DNA from: Cladosporium halotolerans
Lineage: Eukaryota
DNA: 64,000 nt
Direction of reading: 5' to 3'
Assembly (NCBI RefSeq): GCF_011745625.1
Contig: NW_027191455.1
Span: 186,001 to 250,000 of the forward strand
The notes under the pieces were generated by a model, which saw nothing but the letters and a program-made list of their open reading frames with translations, did no database searches and was not told the origin of the DNA. Below, piece by piece: positions 10,953 through 21,245 of the stretch. The translations under genes were made by a program, and so were the position numbers. Each line of letters starts with the position of its first letter. The stretch's first letter is position 1.

Positions 10953-12913
10953 ATGACGAATCCTGCCCGACTCCTACGCTTTTTCGCACTTTATTATTCC
11001 CTCGTTGAAGCTGCGGTGCTATCAGAAGCGCGTTCTCCCGGATTATCTCCGCGCGCATCTTCCAATGCCTCTGCTTGCACTGGAAACACCGCCAATGACC
11101 GCAGTGTTTGGTGCGACTACGATATAAGCACGAATTACTACGACGAGGTACCGGACACGGGTGTCACTGTAGAGTACTGGTTCGAGCTGCAGAACGTCAC
11201 AGTATCACCAGATGGAGTTTCTCGTAACGCTCTCACCGTCAACGGAAGTTTTCCAGGTCCCACCATCGAGGCCAACTGGGGAGACACAGTGAAAGTTCAT
11301 CTGGTGAACAGTCTGACAAATAATGGGACCAGCCTTCACTTCCACGGTGTTCGGCAAAACTGGACCAACAGTATGGACGGCGTTGCATCAATCACACAGT
11401 GTCCTGTTGCACCAGGCGACTCGATCACATACACATGGAGAGCCACTCAATACGGGTCTTCTTGGTACCACTCTCACTTCTCGCTGCAAGCGTGGGAGGG
11501 TGTTCTCGGAGGCATTCTTATCCACGGACCAGCGACTGCGGACTATGACGTAGATCTCGGCATCGTTTTCCTCAATGATTGGGATCATCAGACTGTGGAT
11601 GAGCTATACAGCTATGCAGAAACACAAGGACCCCCGACACTCGATACTGGTCTTATTAATGGAACGAATGTATGGGAAGATGGTGGATCATACTTCGAGA
11701 CCTCTATGGAGAGTGGAAAAAGTTATCGGATGCGTTTGGTCAATGGCGCCGCGGACACACACTTCGATTTCATGATCGACAACCACACGATGCAAGTCAT
11801 CGCGTCTGACTTTGTTCCCATCCTACCATACTACACAGATGTCCTAAGTATCGGCATGGGCCAAAGGTACGACATCATTGTTAATGCCAATATGAGCGAT
11901 GTTGCGGAAAACTTTTGGATCAGAGCTGTGCCGGATTCGTACTGTTCAGAGAATGACAACTCGAACCATATTCGCGGCATACTACACTACGATTCAAGCA
12001 CGGGCACTCCGACTACTAGTTATCCGGACTACGATGAGAACAACTGCGCCGGAGAGTCCTCTCATAACATCGTACCTTACCTTTCCATCGACGCGGGCTC
12101 TTCTGCATCTTCTTCGGATGACATGGCCGTGACCATTGAGAAGAACTCGGCCAACTTGTTCAAATGGTACATCGGAGGCACAACTTTCCTCGTCGACTGG
12201 AGTGACCCGACAGCGCAGCAAGTACTGGATAACACAACAAACTTCTCCGACAGTTCTGCCGTGATTGAACTATCCACCGCAGATGAGTGGTACTACCTGA
12301 TCATTGAGACAACACTCGCAGTGCCACACCCGATTCACATTCATGTAAGCAACCACAGAGCCCCTCGCGATCCCTTCCCTTCCGATGCTAACGTTAAATA
12401 GGGTCATGGTAAGTTACTTTCACACCATATGCTTCGCCCAGCGGAATCCCATACCGTCTCTGCAGCAAATACTAATCATTCATCCTCAGATTTTTGGATC
12501 CTTGCTTCTGGTGATGGAACTTACGCTTCCGCTGCTCCAGCGCTGAACACCAGCAATCCTCCCAGAAGGGATGTTGCGATGCTACCCGGCTCCGGCTATC
12601 TAGTCATCGCCCTCATCGCCGATAACCCAGGCGCATGGGTACGTTTCTTCCATTCTATGCTCAAAACCATGTAGCTGACATGCACAGCTCTGCCACTGCC
12701 ACATTGCCTGGCACACCAGTGAAGGTATGATCGTATCAACTGAACATCGAAAATCCCATACTGAGACTATACACAGGTTTCGACTTGCAATTTGTTGAGC
12801 GAAAGGAAGAAATGCTCGATATGTATGACGCGACACGGCTGCAAGAGACCTGTAATGGCTGGGACGAGTACGTGGAAGATGCGGATGTGGTACAAGAAGA
12901 CTCTGGAGTGTAG
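10953..12913 (+). CDS. Secreted laccase / multicopper oxidase (AA1); exons 10953-12344, 12402-12408, 12490-12638, 12688-12724, 12777-12913
   Basis: Signal peptide; all four Cu-binding motifs HFHG, WYHSH, HPIHIHGHDF and HCHIAWH (the last two assembled by splicing); ascomycete-type C-terminus DSGV*. Confidence 0.93.
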
Positions 12914-12956
12914 AGCCTCTCTCCTCGTGATTGCACTCACACGATATATCCGTAAT

Positions 12957-14049
12957 CTATGCAAAAAGGGGAATTGGAGTCTCCAAATAAAAGCCAGGAT
13001 CGTTGAATCTCAGACCTTTGTCCAATGCGCTGATAGCCTCAATCTCGTCACTCTGCAGATCGAAGTCCGTGACCTCCAAGTTCTGCTGCAGACGGTCTTT
13101 GTTGTTTGACTTTGGAATCACCGCGATGCCACGCTGCGTCGCCCACCGCAGGAGAACTTGCGCGGGAGTCTTGCCCGTGCGTGACGCGGCCTTCTGGACC
13201 ACGTCGACGTCCCACAACAGTGCGATATCGTTGGTCCGGGCGCTGAACGCCGCGGGCAGCTCTTTGAATGACTGAGGGCCGAAGGACGAATAGGCTGTGA
13301 CGGCAATGTTCATCTTCTGGGCGAGAGAGATGAGAGTCGGCTGAACGAGGTAAGGGTGGTGTTCGATCTGCAAAGATGAAACCGGGTGGCGGGCGTAGGT
13401 CTGCAGGTCGAAGAGAGTTTGCGCCTGGGCGTTGGAGATTCCGATCGACCTCGCGATGCCTGTGTCAACGATTTCTTCGAGCGCCCGCCAGGTTTCGTGC
13501 AAAGGGACGTTCTCGACCTCTACCTTGGTGTGCTCAGCATCTTGCCACCATGCCTATTTTGAGTCAGCCTTGCATTCATCACACGATCAATCTGTTGATG
13601 ATAACTTACCGGATAGCGAATATCTTCCGGTGACACGTATTTGAGCGCTATTGGGAAGTGGATGAGGTACAAGTCAATGTAGTCGAGCCCCCAAGCTTCA
13701 TTCTGAGTCTTGGCTTGCGCGAGAGCGTACTCTCTGCGATGGTAGTTGTTCCATAATTTGGTGACAACGAATATCTCCTCTCGCTTGACAAGACCTTCGC
13801 TGATCGCACGCTTGATGCCTTGTCCCGCCTCTTTCTCGTTCTGATAGTCGTATGCACCATCGAACAGGCGATACCCAACGACAATTGCCTTTCGCTGCGT
13901 CAACAAGGGGGTATGCTTTGATCTTAAGATCTTGCTAGACCTACATTGTAAACAGTTTCCGCAGCTTGCTCAGCAGGGACTTTCCAAAGGCCGAAACCAA
14001 CAAGAGGCATGTCATGGCCCGAGGCCAGCTTAATCGTGGATACCGGCAT
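12957..14049 (-). CDS. xyl1: NAD(P)H-dependent D-xylose reductase (aldo-keto reductase family 2); introns 13889-13944, 13554-13609
   Basis: '[11 protein letters not shown]', '[10 protein letters not shown]', 'VTKLWN', 'LIHFP', 'QIEHHPYL', 'YSSFGPQSF', 'IPKS', 'LRFNDP'. Confidence 0.9.
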
Positions 14050-14534
14050 TGTGAGGAGCCTTCAGTCTCGAATAATAGGTTCGAGTCGGTCGCGACAATA
14101 TAGTCGAAATGCAATGTTGAGACGAATGCGAGGATCTGATGGTGCTTATAAATGACGCGATGTCTGTTGAGCACCTCGCAGGATGAATGCTCGCTCTCGC
14201 AACGAGACTCCGAGCGTGGTAACAGGAGCCTTTGCCTTCTGTTTCGCTCCATGCTGGCTCCACCGTCCCGCAATTCGCTCGCATGGTAGGTAGGAGCCCT
14301 AATGAGGGCTGGGAAACAGGGATGCGTCAGGAGGATGTGGTGTTATCCAGTTGCCGGTCAATCGTTGAGCGTAGGCTCCATTGCACGAGAAGAAAGTTGC
14401 GTGAGTGGTAGTCCGACAGGCTCGCCATCGAAAAGCGTATCAGAGAGTACTCTCCGAAGCAAGATCTTCGCGGTAAAGATGCTAAGGCCAAAAGAGAAGA
14501 TGACGTCCAGTCGGCGATTGAAAGTGCCATGAGT

Positions 14535-14560
14535 CCCCACATCTCCACCTCCGCCTCCAC
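14535..14560. promoter_or_regulatory. Four adjacent SYGGRG (CreA/Cre1-type) motifs in the divergent promoter between xylose reductase and the DUF1593 gene
   Basis: CCCCAC, CTCCAC, CTCCGC and CTCCAC in near-tandem (reverse complements of SYGGRG); function is inferred only. Confidence 0.35.
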
Positions 14561-14719
14561 TTTTCGGCCCAGCATTTGGACGAAGAGCATCGATGGTCAC
14601 TAGACAGAACATCTACAGTTGCCGGGGTCAGTGCCCATGAGGGCTTGATTATAAGAAACGGAGGACCATCACCGCTTACAAAATTTGCGCGAAGCTACAG
14701 CATTCACGTTTTGTCCATC

Positions 14720-16189
14720 ATGACTTTCTTCAGCAAGTTCTGGCGGACACTCGCATTATCGTCACTTGTTGTCAACCTAGTTGCGGCTACTGAGAGCAAG
14801 TCTCGGATCTTCGTATTGACTGACATTTCGAATGAGCCTGACGATCAAGAATCGTTGGTGCGACTTCTTGCGCACGCCGACCAATATCAGGTGGAAGGTC
14901 TCGTTGCAACTACTTCATGGTGGCTCAATGATACACGCTATCCCGATCATATCCTGGAAGTCATCGACGGTTACGCAGAGGTTGTCGATAACCTAAACGC
15001 CCACTCAGAAGATGTTTACCCATCTGCAGAATACCTTCGTAGCCGAGTTGCTGCATCTCACGAGCTGTACGGGCTTGCCGCGTTGCAACGGAACCTATCA
15101 AGCGGTGCCGAGCTTCTCATCCAGGCTGCAGACAACTCTTTCGAGCCTCTGTATGTCCAGATGTCGGGCGGTGCAATCGTCCTGGCAGAGGCTTTAAACC
15201 ACGTTCAGAAGACCAGGTCAGCCGATTCGCTCGCAACATTTGTCTCTAGAGTCCGCGCATATGCGATCTCCGACCAAGACGACGCAGGAGCCTGGATCAG
15301 ACGCCAGTTTCCCGGACTGCGATACATTGTTTCGGTACACGGATTTAACATGTATGGTCGCGCCACCTGGGTTGGCATCTCTGGAGAGGAATATTATTCA
15401 TTCGACAAAGGCGGGCCAGATTCGTCGCTGGTAACCAAAGACTACGTCCGGAGAAACTTCCAGCGAGGGCCTTTGGGACAGCACTACCTCGATCCCGCCT
15501 ATATCATCGAAGGAGATACACCCAGCTTGCTGTACAATCTTCAGAACGGGCTGAATGTTCCCGAGCATCCCGAGTACGGCGGATGGGGTGGAAGGTACAC
15601 GGCTTTCGACTTGTCCGGTCTGTCGCAAATCTACTCAGACGCTGTTGACACTGTCGTCGGCAAGAACAATGAGATCTTCGTTTCGAACTATGCGACGATT
15701 TGGCGCTGGCGTAAGGCTTATCAGAATGAACTAACTGCTCGCATTGGTTGGTCTTTGAGCACCAATTACTCTGCGGCGGCACATCCTCCTAAGCTCAACG
15801 TCAACGGGAGTAGCGGCTACGAGCCGCTCACGTTGCAAGTCAAGCCGGGCGAAAATATCATACTCGATGCTTCCCAGTCAATCGATGTCGATACCAACGC
15901 CACGTCGAGCTTGACTTTCGAGTGGCTTCACTACCGCGAAATCACTCTGGCTACTCAGCCAGACTGGAATTTTGCGGCACACGTCCCACAGCTGAACATC
16001 ACCTGTCGTAGTGAAGACTGTGCTCGTGTGCACTTTAAGCTGCCGGAGGAAGATGAGGCTTGCGAGGCAGATGGGGGAAGCTGTCAAACATACCACGTTG
16101 TAGTCGCTGCCACTGGGTCGGCGGAAGTCCCTTTGACGAGGTACAAGCGAGTCATCTTGGGTGTGCAGAGAAGTGCCACTTCCTCGTGA
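14720..16189 (+). CDS. Secreted DUF1593 / Sde182-like nucleoside-hydrolase-fold protein with C-terminal Ig-like domain
   Basis: Signal peptide from ATG 14720; 'VLTDISNEPDDQESLVRLL', 'YAISDQDDAG', 'EGDTPS', 'GGWGGRY', 'TIWRWR', 'LDASQSIDVD'. Confidence 0.87.
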   Translation: MTFFSKFWRTLALSSLVVNLVAATESKSRIFVLTDISNEPDDQESLVRLLAHADQYQVEGLVATTSWWLNDTRYPDHILEVIDGYAEVVDNLNAHSEDVYPSAEYLRSRVAASHELYGLAALQRNLSSGAELLIQAADNSFEPLYVQMSGGAIVLAEALNHVQKTRSADSLATFVSRVRAYAISDQDDAGAWIRRQFPGLRYIVSVHGFNMYGRATWVGISGEEYYSFDKGGPDSSLVTKDYVRRNFQRGPLGQHYLDPAYIIEGDTPSLLYNLQNGLNVPEHPEYGGWGGRYTAFDLSGLSQIYSDAVDTVVGKNNEIFVSNYATIWRWRKAYQNELTARIGWSLSTNYSAAAHPPKLNVNGSSGYEPLTLQVKPGENIILDASQSIDVDTNATSSLTFEWLHYREITLATQPDWNFAAHVPQLNITCRSEDCARVHFKLPEEDEACEADGGSCQTYHVVVAATGSAEVPLTRYKRVILGVQRSATSS

Positions 16190-17594
16190 TTGGCAGTTGA
16201 TTGTGTATGAGAAAACCAAGCAAGATCACATTAGTTGTGATGTATGCTCCAGATTTGTTCAGAATAGTGCTCCATTTTTTTATCATCTGGAACGGAGTAA
16301 GCGAGCACAGGTCAAGAATATGAAGTATCCAAGATGCCAGGTTGTATGACTATCGTATACATAGCGCCATGAACCGCCAGAGACGTGTCGCAAACAATAT
16401 CGCCGGTCCAGTACCCGGTATTTCGCCGGGCTTTCGGGTGTCACACTTGCACACTTTGGCGATAGCGCTGTCGACATCTTGTCCTGCTGATGTGCGTACG
16501 CCGGTGACAGAGGAGATCGAGTCTTCTGAAAGAATCCATCCTGCTAACTCATGTCTTGAAGACCAGATTCACACGCTTCGAGGTGACTGCTAGGGTCAGT
16601 CTTGGGGCCGGTGATGACCGCACCGGATAGAAAACCGGGTGATCCGGGCACGGGCATCCGTCCTCAGTCATATGACTTCAGACTTCGCGGAGAACCTTGA
16701 TTGCACGTGCTTTTGTTCGTCGCGCACTTCATCCTTGAAGCCAGCTAGGTATTGGAACGAATGCGGGATGAGTGGAGGAGCTTGCGGAGGCGCGAGAAAT
16801 TTGCGGGACTCCAGGTGCGTGCGTTCGGGGAAACTGGGCATCTAACTTCCACTTCGCGAGACCTCATGTCTTTCTGTTACCCTATAACTCAACATAGCGG
16901 AGACGAGGTCAGTGCACGTACGTAATGAGCCTGCCTCCCGTACGAGAACTTCATTCTCCCTTGCGGACTGAAGTCTGCCCGGAGGCCTTAGCTTACTCCG
17001 AACTCATACTCCGATCGCCGTCGAGACGGGCACATTCGGAGTGTTCATTATTCGTCTTACCTTATGTTCCGGAGTCAGGCATGGCTTCGCCTTAGAATGC
17101 TTAGGGCGCTGGGCGTACGCCTTACCCGCCGGCCTCATCCGGATGAAGATCAATTGTTATCCGCTCAACATCCTCCACTGGTTTCGGACCTACTGAGCTA
17201 TCCAGTCGGTCCGTCTTCAGGCGGGTCAGTCGAAATTCACCATCGTAACTGGCCAATGCTCCCATTTGGAAAGGAATTGAAGCGATAACATGTGGTACTC
17301 TATGGAGTACTCGCTTAGTCCCAACGCACGCTGGGGGATCTCCACAGCGACCGCCTTGTTCTTCTCCAAGCATTACCCTACGATGTGTCAAGCAAACTGC
17401 ATGGTCTTCAGGGTGGGACCCGTTTACCGGGCGCTGCGAAAACTTATCACCCGCACGCCCATGGAGAACGTGGATCCATTGGGTCCACCAGGTACTTCCA
17501 TTTAACGCTCGACCCCCAGGTGAGTGTCTTCCAACCTTTGCTCAATTTCATATCCAAGCGTTGCGAGGTGCTTCTGTATTGCTACCGTTTCGCC

Positions 17595-19040
17595 ATGTCT
17601 ATTCAGCCCGAACTTCGGCCATCGGCGGGCACCGATGGCATCGATGAGAAACCCACTGATTGGGACCAACGAATCGAAAAGTCAAGAGACAACGGCGCCG
17701 CAGTCGACGACAACGATGCGGCCTATGCGAACAAGGAAATCGACCTAGCAAGACATGAAGCTCTCATTGAGGGAGAACACAAGTTCAAGCAGCTTGGATG
17801 GAAGAAGCTCACGATCTGTTTGATCGTCAAAGCCATCGCACTGGGTGCTCTAAGTATACCGTCCGCGTTTGCAAACGTTGGTATGGTGGCTGGAGTCATT
17901 TTGACAATCGGGATAGGCTTGATCGCAATCTACACTTCACATGTCATCGGCCAGGTCGCGGTCAAATACCCACATGTCAAGCACTATGCGGATGCTGTAA
18001 GGCTTATCTGGGGACGTTTTGGCTATGAGCTTTGCGGTGCTATGTTCTGCTGCTATTTGACGCTTCTTGTGGGCTCCCATACCCTGACTGGCACTATCGC
18101 ATTTATCAGAATCGTCGACGATACAGCACTATGCGCTTTGATTTGGGGAGTCATCTCCGCCATCATCCTCTTCCTCCTCGCCCTGCCTCCTAGCTTTGCC
18201 GAGTTCGCGATCCTGGGCTACATCGATTTCGTCTCCATTCTCGCCGCAATTGGTATTACTATCATCGCCACCGGCATTACGAGCGACCCTTCAACGGCAG
18301 ACTGGTCCGCATGGCCGCCTGAGGACATCTCTCTCAAGTCCGCTTTCCTCTCCACGACGAACATCGTCTTGGCCTATTCATTCGCAGTCAGCCAGTTCAG
18401 CTTCATGACCGAAATGCACACCCCGAAAGACTACGTCAAATCCATCTGGTCGCTTGGTCTGATGGAAATCTTCATCTACACTCTCACCGGCGCCCTCATC
18501 TACGCTTTCGTAGGCCAAGAGGTCCGCAGCCCAGCTCTCCTCTCCTCGAGCTTCACCGTCTCACGAGTGGCCTTCGGCATCGCCCTGCCAGTCATTTTCA
18601 TCTCCGGATCTATCAGCAGCACGGTAGTCGGGCGGTACGTCCTCACGCGCGCCTTCCCAGACTCGCCTATTCAGTACGTGAACACGAAGGCCGGCTGGAT
18701 CGCGTGGATTATCCTTATCGGAGTGATTACGATCATCTCGTTCATCATCGCGGAGGCGGTGCCTTTCTTCAACGCGCTCCTGGGTCTGATCTCGTCGCTC
18801 TTCATCTCGGGTTTCACATTCTACTTCCCGAGTCTGTTCTGGTTCCTGCTTATCAAGGAGGGCAAGTGGAATGCGACGTGGTGGAACATCGTCCTGACTG
18901 TTACGAATGTTGCTGTGGGCATTATCGGCTTGGCGATTCTGGGCCTCGGGACTTGGGCCAGTGTGCAGGAGATTGCTGACCAGTATGCGAGTGGCAGCAT
19001 CTCGGGCTCGTTTACGTGTGATAGCTCGACGTACGCTTAG
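17595..19040 (+). CDS. Neutral amino acid permease (AAAP/Mtr-like, Aa_trans)
   Basis: About 11 hydrophobic segments; 'LGWKKLTICLIV.AIALGALSIPSAFA', 'EMHTPKDYVKS', 'PFFNALLGLISSLF'. Confidence 0.88.
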   Translation: MSIQPELRPSAGTDGIDEKPTDWDQRIEKSRDNGAAVDDNDAAYANKEIDLARHEALIEGEHKFKQLGWKKLTICLIVKAIALGALSIPSAFANVGMVAGVILTIGIGLIAIYTSHVIGQVAVKYPHVKHYADAVRLIWGRFGYELCGAMFCCYLTLLVGSHTLTGTIAFIRIVDDTALCALIWGVISAIILFLLALPPSFAEFAILGYIDFVSILAAIGITIIATGITSDPSTADWSAWPPEDISLKSAFLSTTNIVLAYSFAVSQFSFMTEMHTPKDYVKSIWSLGLMEIFIYTLTGALIYAFVGQEVRSPALLSSSFTVSRVAFGIALPVIFISGSISSTVVGRYVLTRAFPDSPIQYVNTKAGWIAWIILIGVITIISFIIAEAVPFFNALLGLISSLFISGFTFYFPSLFWFLLIKEGKWNATWWNIVLTVTNVAVGIIGLAILGLGTWASVQEIADQYASGSISGSFTCDSSTYA

Positions 19041-19598
19041 ATAGATGAGCACAGAACGACATATATTGACGACTGTATGAGACGATCAGCTTATAAGGGT
19101 GGCAATATCACATTCACGATGACACAGTTAAAACGAGAGCTTGCGCGCGTAAGATCATGTCACAATCTCCAACGGGCCTCGTACAAGCGCTGATCTCGCG
19201 CGGCTAAATATCCTTCGCGCGAAAGCCGTTGGGCCTCCTTTCTTCCACAAAGTCAAGATGATTCTCGATATTTGGTCACGGTGGCGCACCACGTTGAGCC
19301 TCCTTTGTTGTCTGTTTCTATGGCCGATGATCGAAAGGTTTCGGACGCGAGGCGCATGCCCGAACGGCTCCGAGGCCGTCTATGACATCTCTTGAGCGGA
19401 TTCACAGCCCATGGAGAGGAGTGGCCAATAATTATAGTCCTTCCCAGACGACTCGGGCTTTACTTGCGGAACGGGCGGAGCTTGTCACCCATGCTTGGCC
19501 AGCTCGGCAGTCTATTTCGTATGCAGTTGTCGGCAACCGACGATTGAGCAACCCGGCCGTTTAGACATCGATTTTGTGCGTGACGTTGGCTACAGATT

Positions 19599-21099
19599 TC
19601 AGCCGTCCCGCCTCTTCCACGGTGCTTCGGTCCCAGGCCCAGCTGGCGGAGGCGGCATACGGCCATAGGTACTACCTGAGGACGGGGGCGGTACACGCGT
19701 GCTTGTACCCGGCGGTGGCATTCGCGATGATGTAGTCGAAGCCCACGGAGCAGCAGCAGGCGCCATGCCTGATGCTACTCCAGCGTTTCGCGAATTCGAA
19801 GCACTGGCCCAAGGGGCGCGAGTAGAGGGCATGCCGCTTTGTGGCTGCGAAGACAGCGCCTGCTGAGCCCACGGCGCAGCTGTGCCTGCTGCGCTATGTG
19901 TGCCGGAGTTCGCAGAAGGCGGTTGCTGTTGGGCGTGCACGCTCGGCCTCGTTCCTTCGCTTTGCGCTTCGGGGTCTCGCTCCCATCTAAAGAACTTGCC
20001 GAATGGAAAGTGCTGAACGACGGGGAACTTGCCCAGGACTTCCGCGTCGTACATCTTGATCATGCCCTTGTTGATCTTGCCCCAGCCGTCTTTGATGCCA
20101 GAGATGTTGAACAGGATGGGCGAGTGTTCCCAGAACGGACCCTTTTTGACGTCGTGGATGAATTGGATTGCACTGAAGTACATGTTGCTGGCTTTGTACT
20201 CCGCTACGGTATCTTTAGACGTGATGCTGTCGGGTTTGGGCGCTGAAACCAAGGATCCTTGGAGGGGAGTGGGAGCGTCGGGCGATGTGATGGGAGGACC
20301 TAGTTGGGCGGATCCGAAGATGTAAGGGGCGAATGAGTGATCGTCCAAGCCCCAGACGCCGTGCGATCCTGCGGGCTCGAGGGTGTAGGTGAGGATGAGC
20401 TTCCGAATGAGCTCGAGGTATCTGCATCGTGTTAGATCGAGCTGAAACCATTGTAAATTGGAGATCCTCTTACGGCTGGACAACTCCGATGACAAGTGAT
20501 CTTTCCTCGCCTTCATCGAATGCATCGATCTTAGCCAAACAGCAGAGGAAGGCGAGGAAGCTTAGTTCATGTCCTGTGCCATAGTCTAGGCGTTGAGCAC
20601 TACCGAAACTCCCAAGGAGGTATGCCTTCAAATCGGCATGTACAGCAGAATCCCCATGGTTTTCTCGAAGCAATTTGCCAAGGTGCCTTTCAAGTATCGT
20701 GTCGGTGTTTAGTTCGGCCAGGCGATACCACTCTCTGAACGCCACATTGCCGAAACGACGAGGACCCGTGTCCGGCGGCGCCTGGGAGAGCAGATCGAAA
20801 TATTCTTGGACTAGTGCTTGTAGGCTTTGGATTATGGCAGAATATTCAGGAGGAGAGTTCAGCGTGCAGATCGACACATTTCCATCCTGAGTCTTGGTCG
20901 GAAAGACGGCTCGGTTGAGCCGCAGCAGCCAGATCTTGATGTCTCTGTACGCGGTCGAAGCCAGGAAGAAATTCAGGTCATCACCGTCGTTGATGCGTTT
21001 CACCGGCTGTACAGAGCCTCCATCGTCTGCCATCATAATCTGCGCAGCGATGGTCAGTAGTGGTGGTGGAACGTCCCTCGAGCGTTTGGCCTCCGGCAT
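19599..21099 (-). CDS. RRD1: PP2A phosphotyrosyl phosphatase activator (PTPA, RRD1-like); intron 20422-20473
   Basis: 'PRRFGN', '[18 protein letters not shown]', '[17 protein letters not shown]', 'GPFWEHSP', '[12 protein letters not shown]'; C-terminal APW repeats. Confidence 0.92.
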
Positions 21100-21245
21100 G
21101 TCCAAGGGTCTGGCTGCTGTCTGACTTCAAGCTCACGCTCGCTCGCGCTCCCCACATTCGGCGCGTGGAGTGAAGACAACGCTGGCAACGACATCAACAA
21201 ACACCCCGCCAACCGCGACCGGGCAAACGCCGCCCACGTGCGCAA

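Noticed and set aside
1087..21099. Two phosphatase regulators (IPP-2 and PTPA) within 20 kb as a functional cluster
   Set aside because: Separated by many unrelated genes; most likely coincidence
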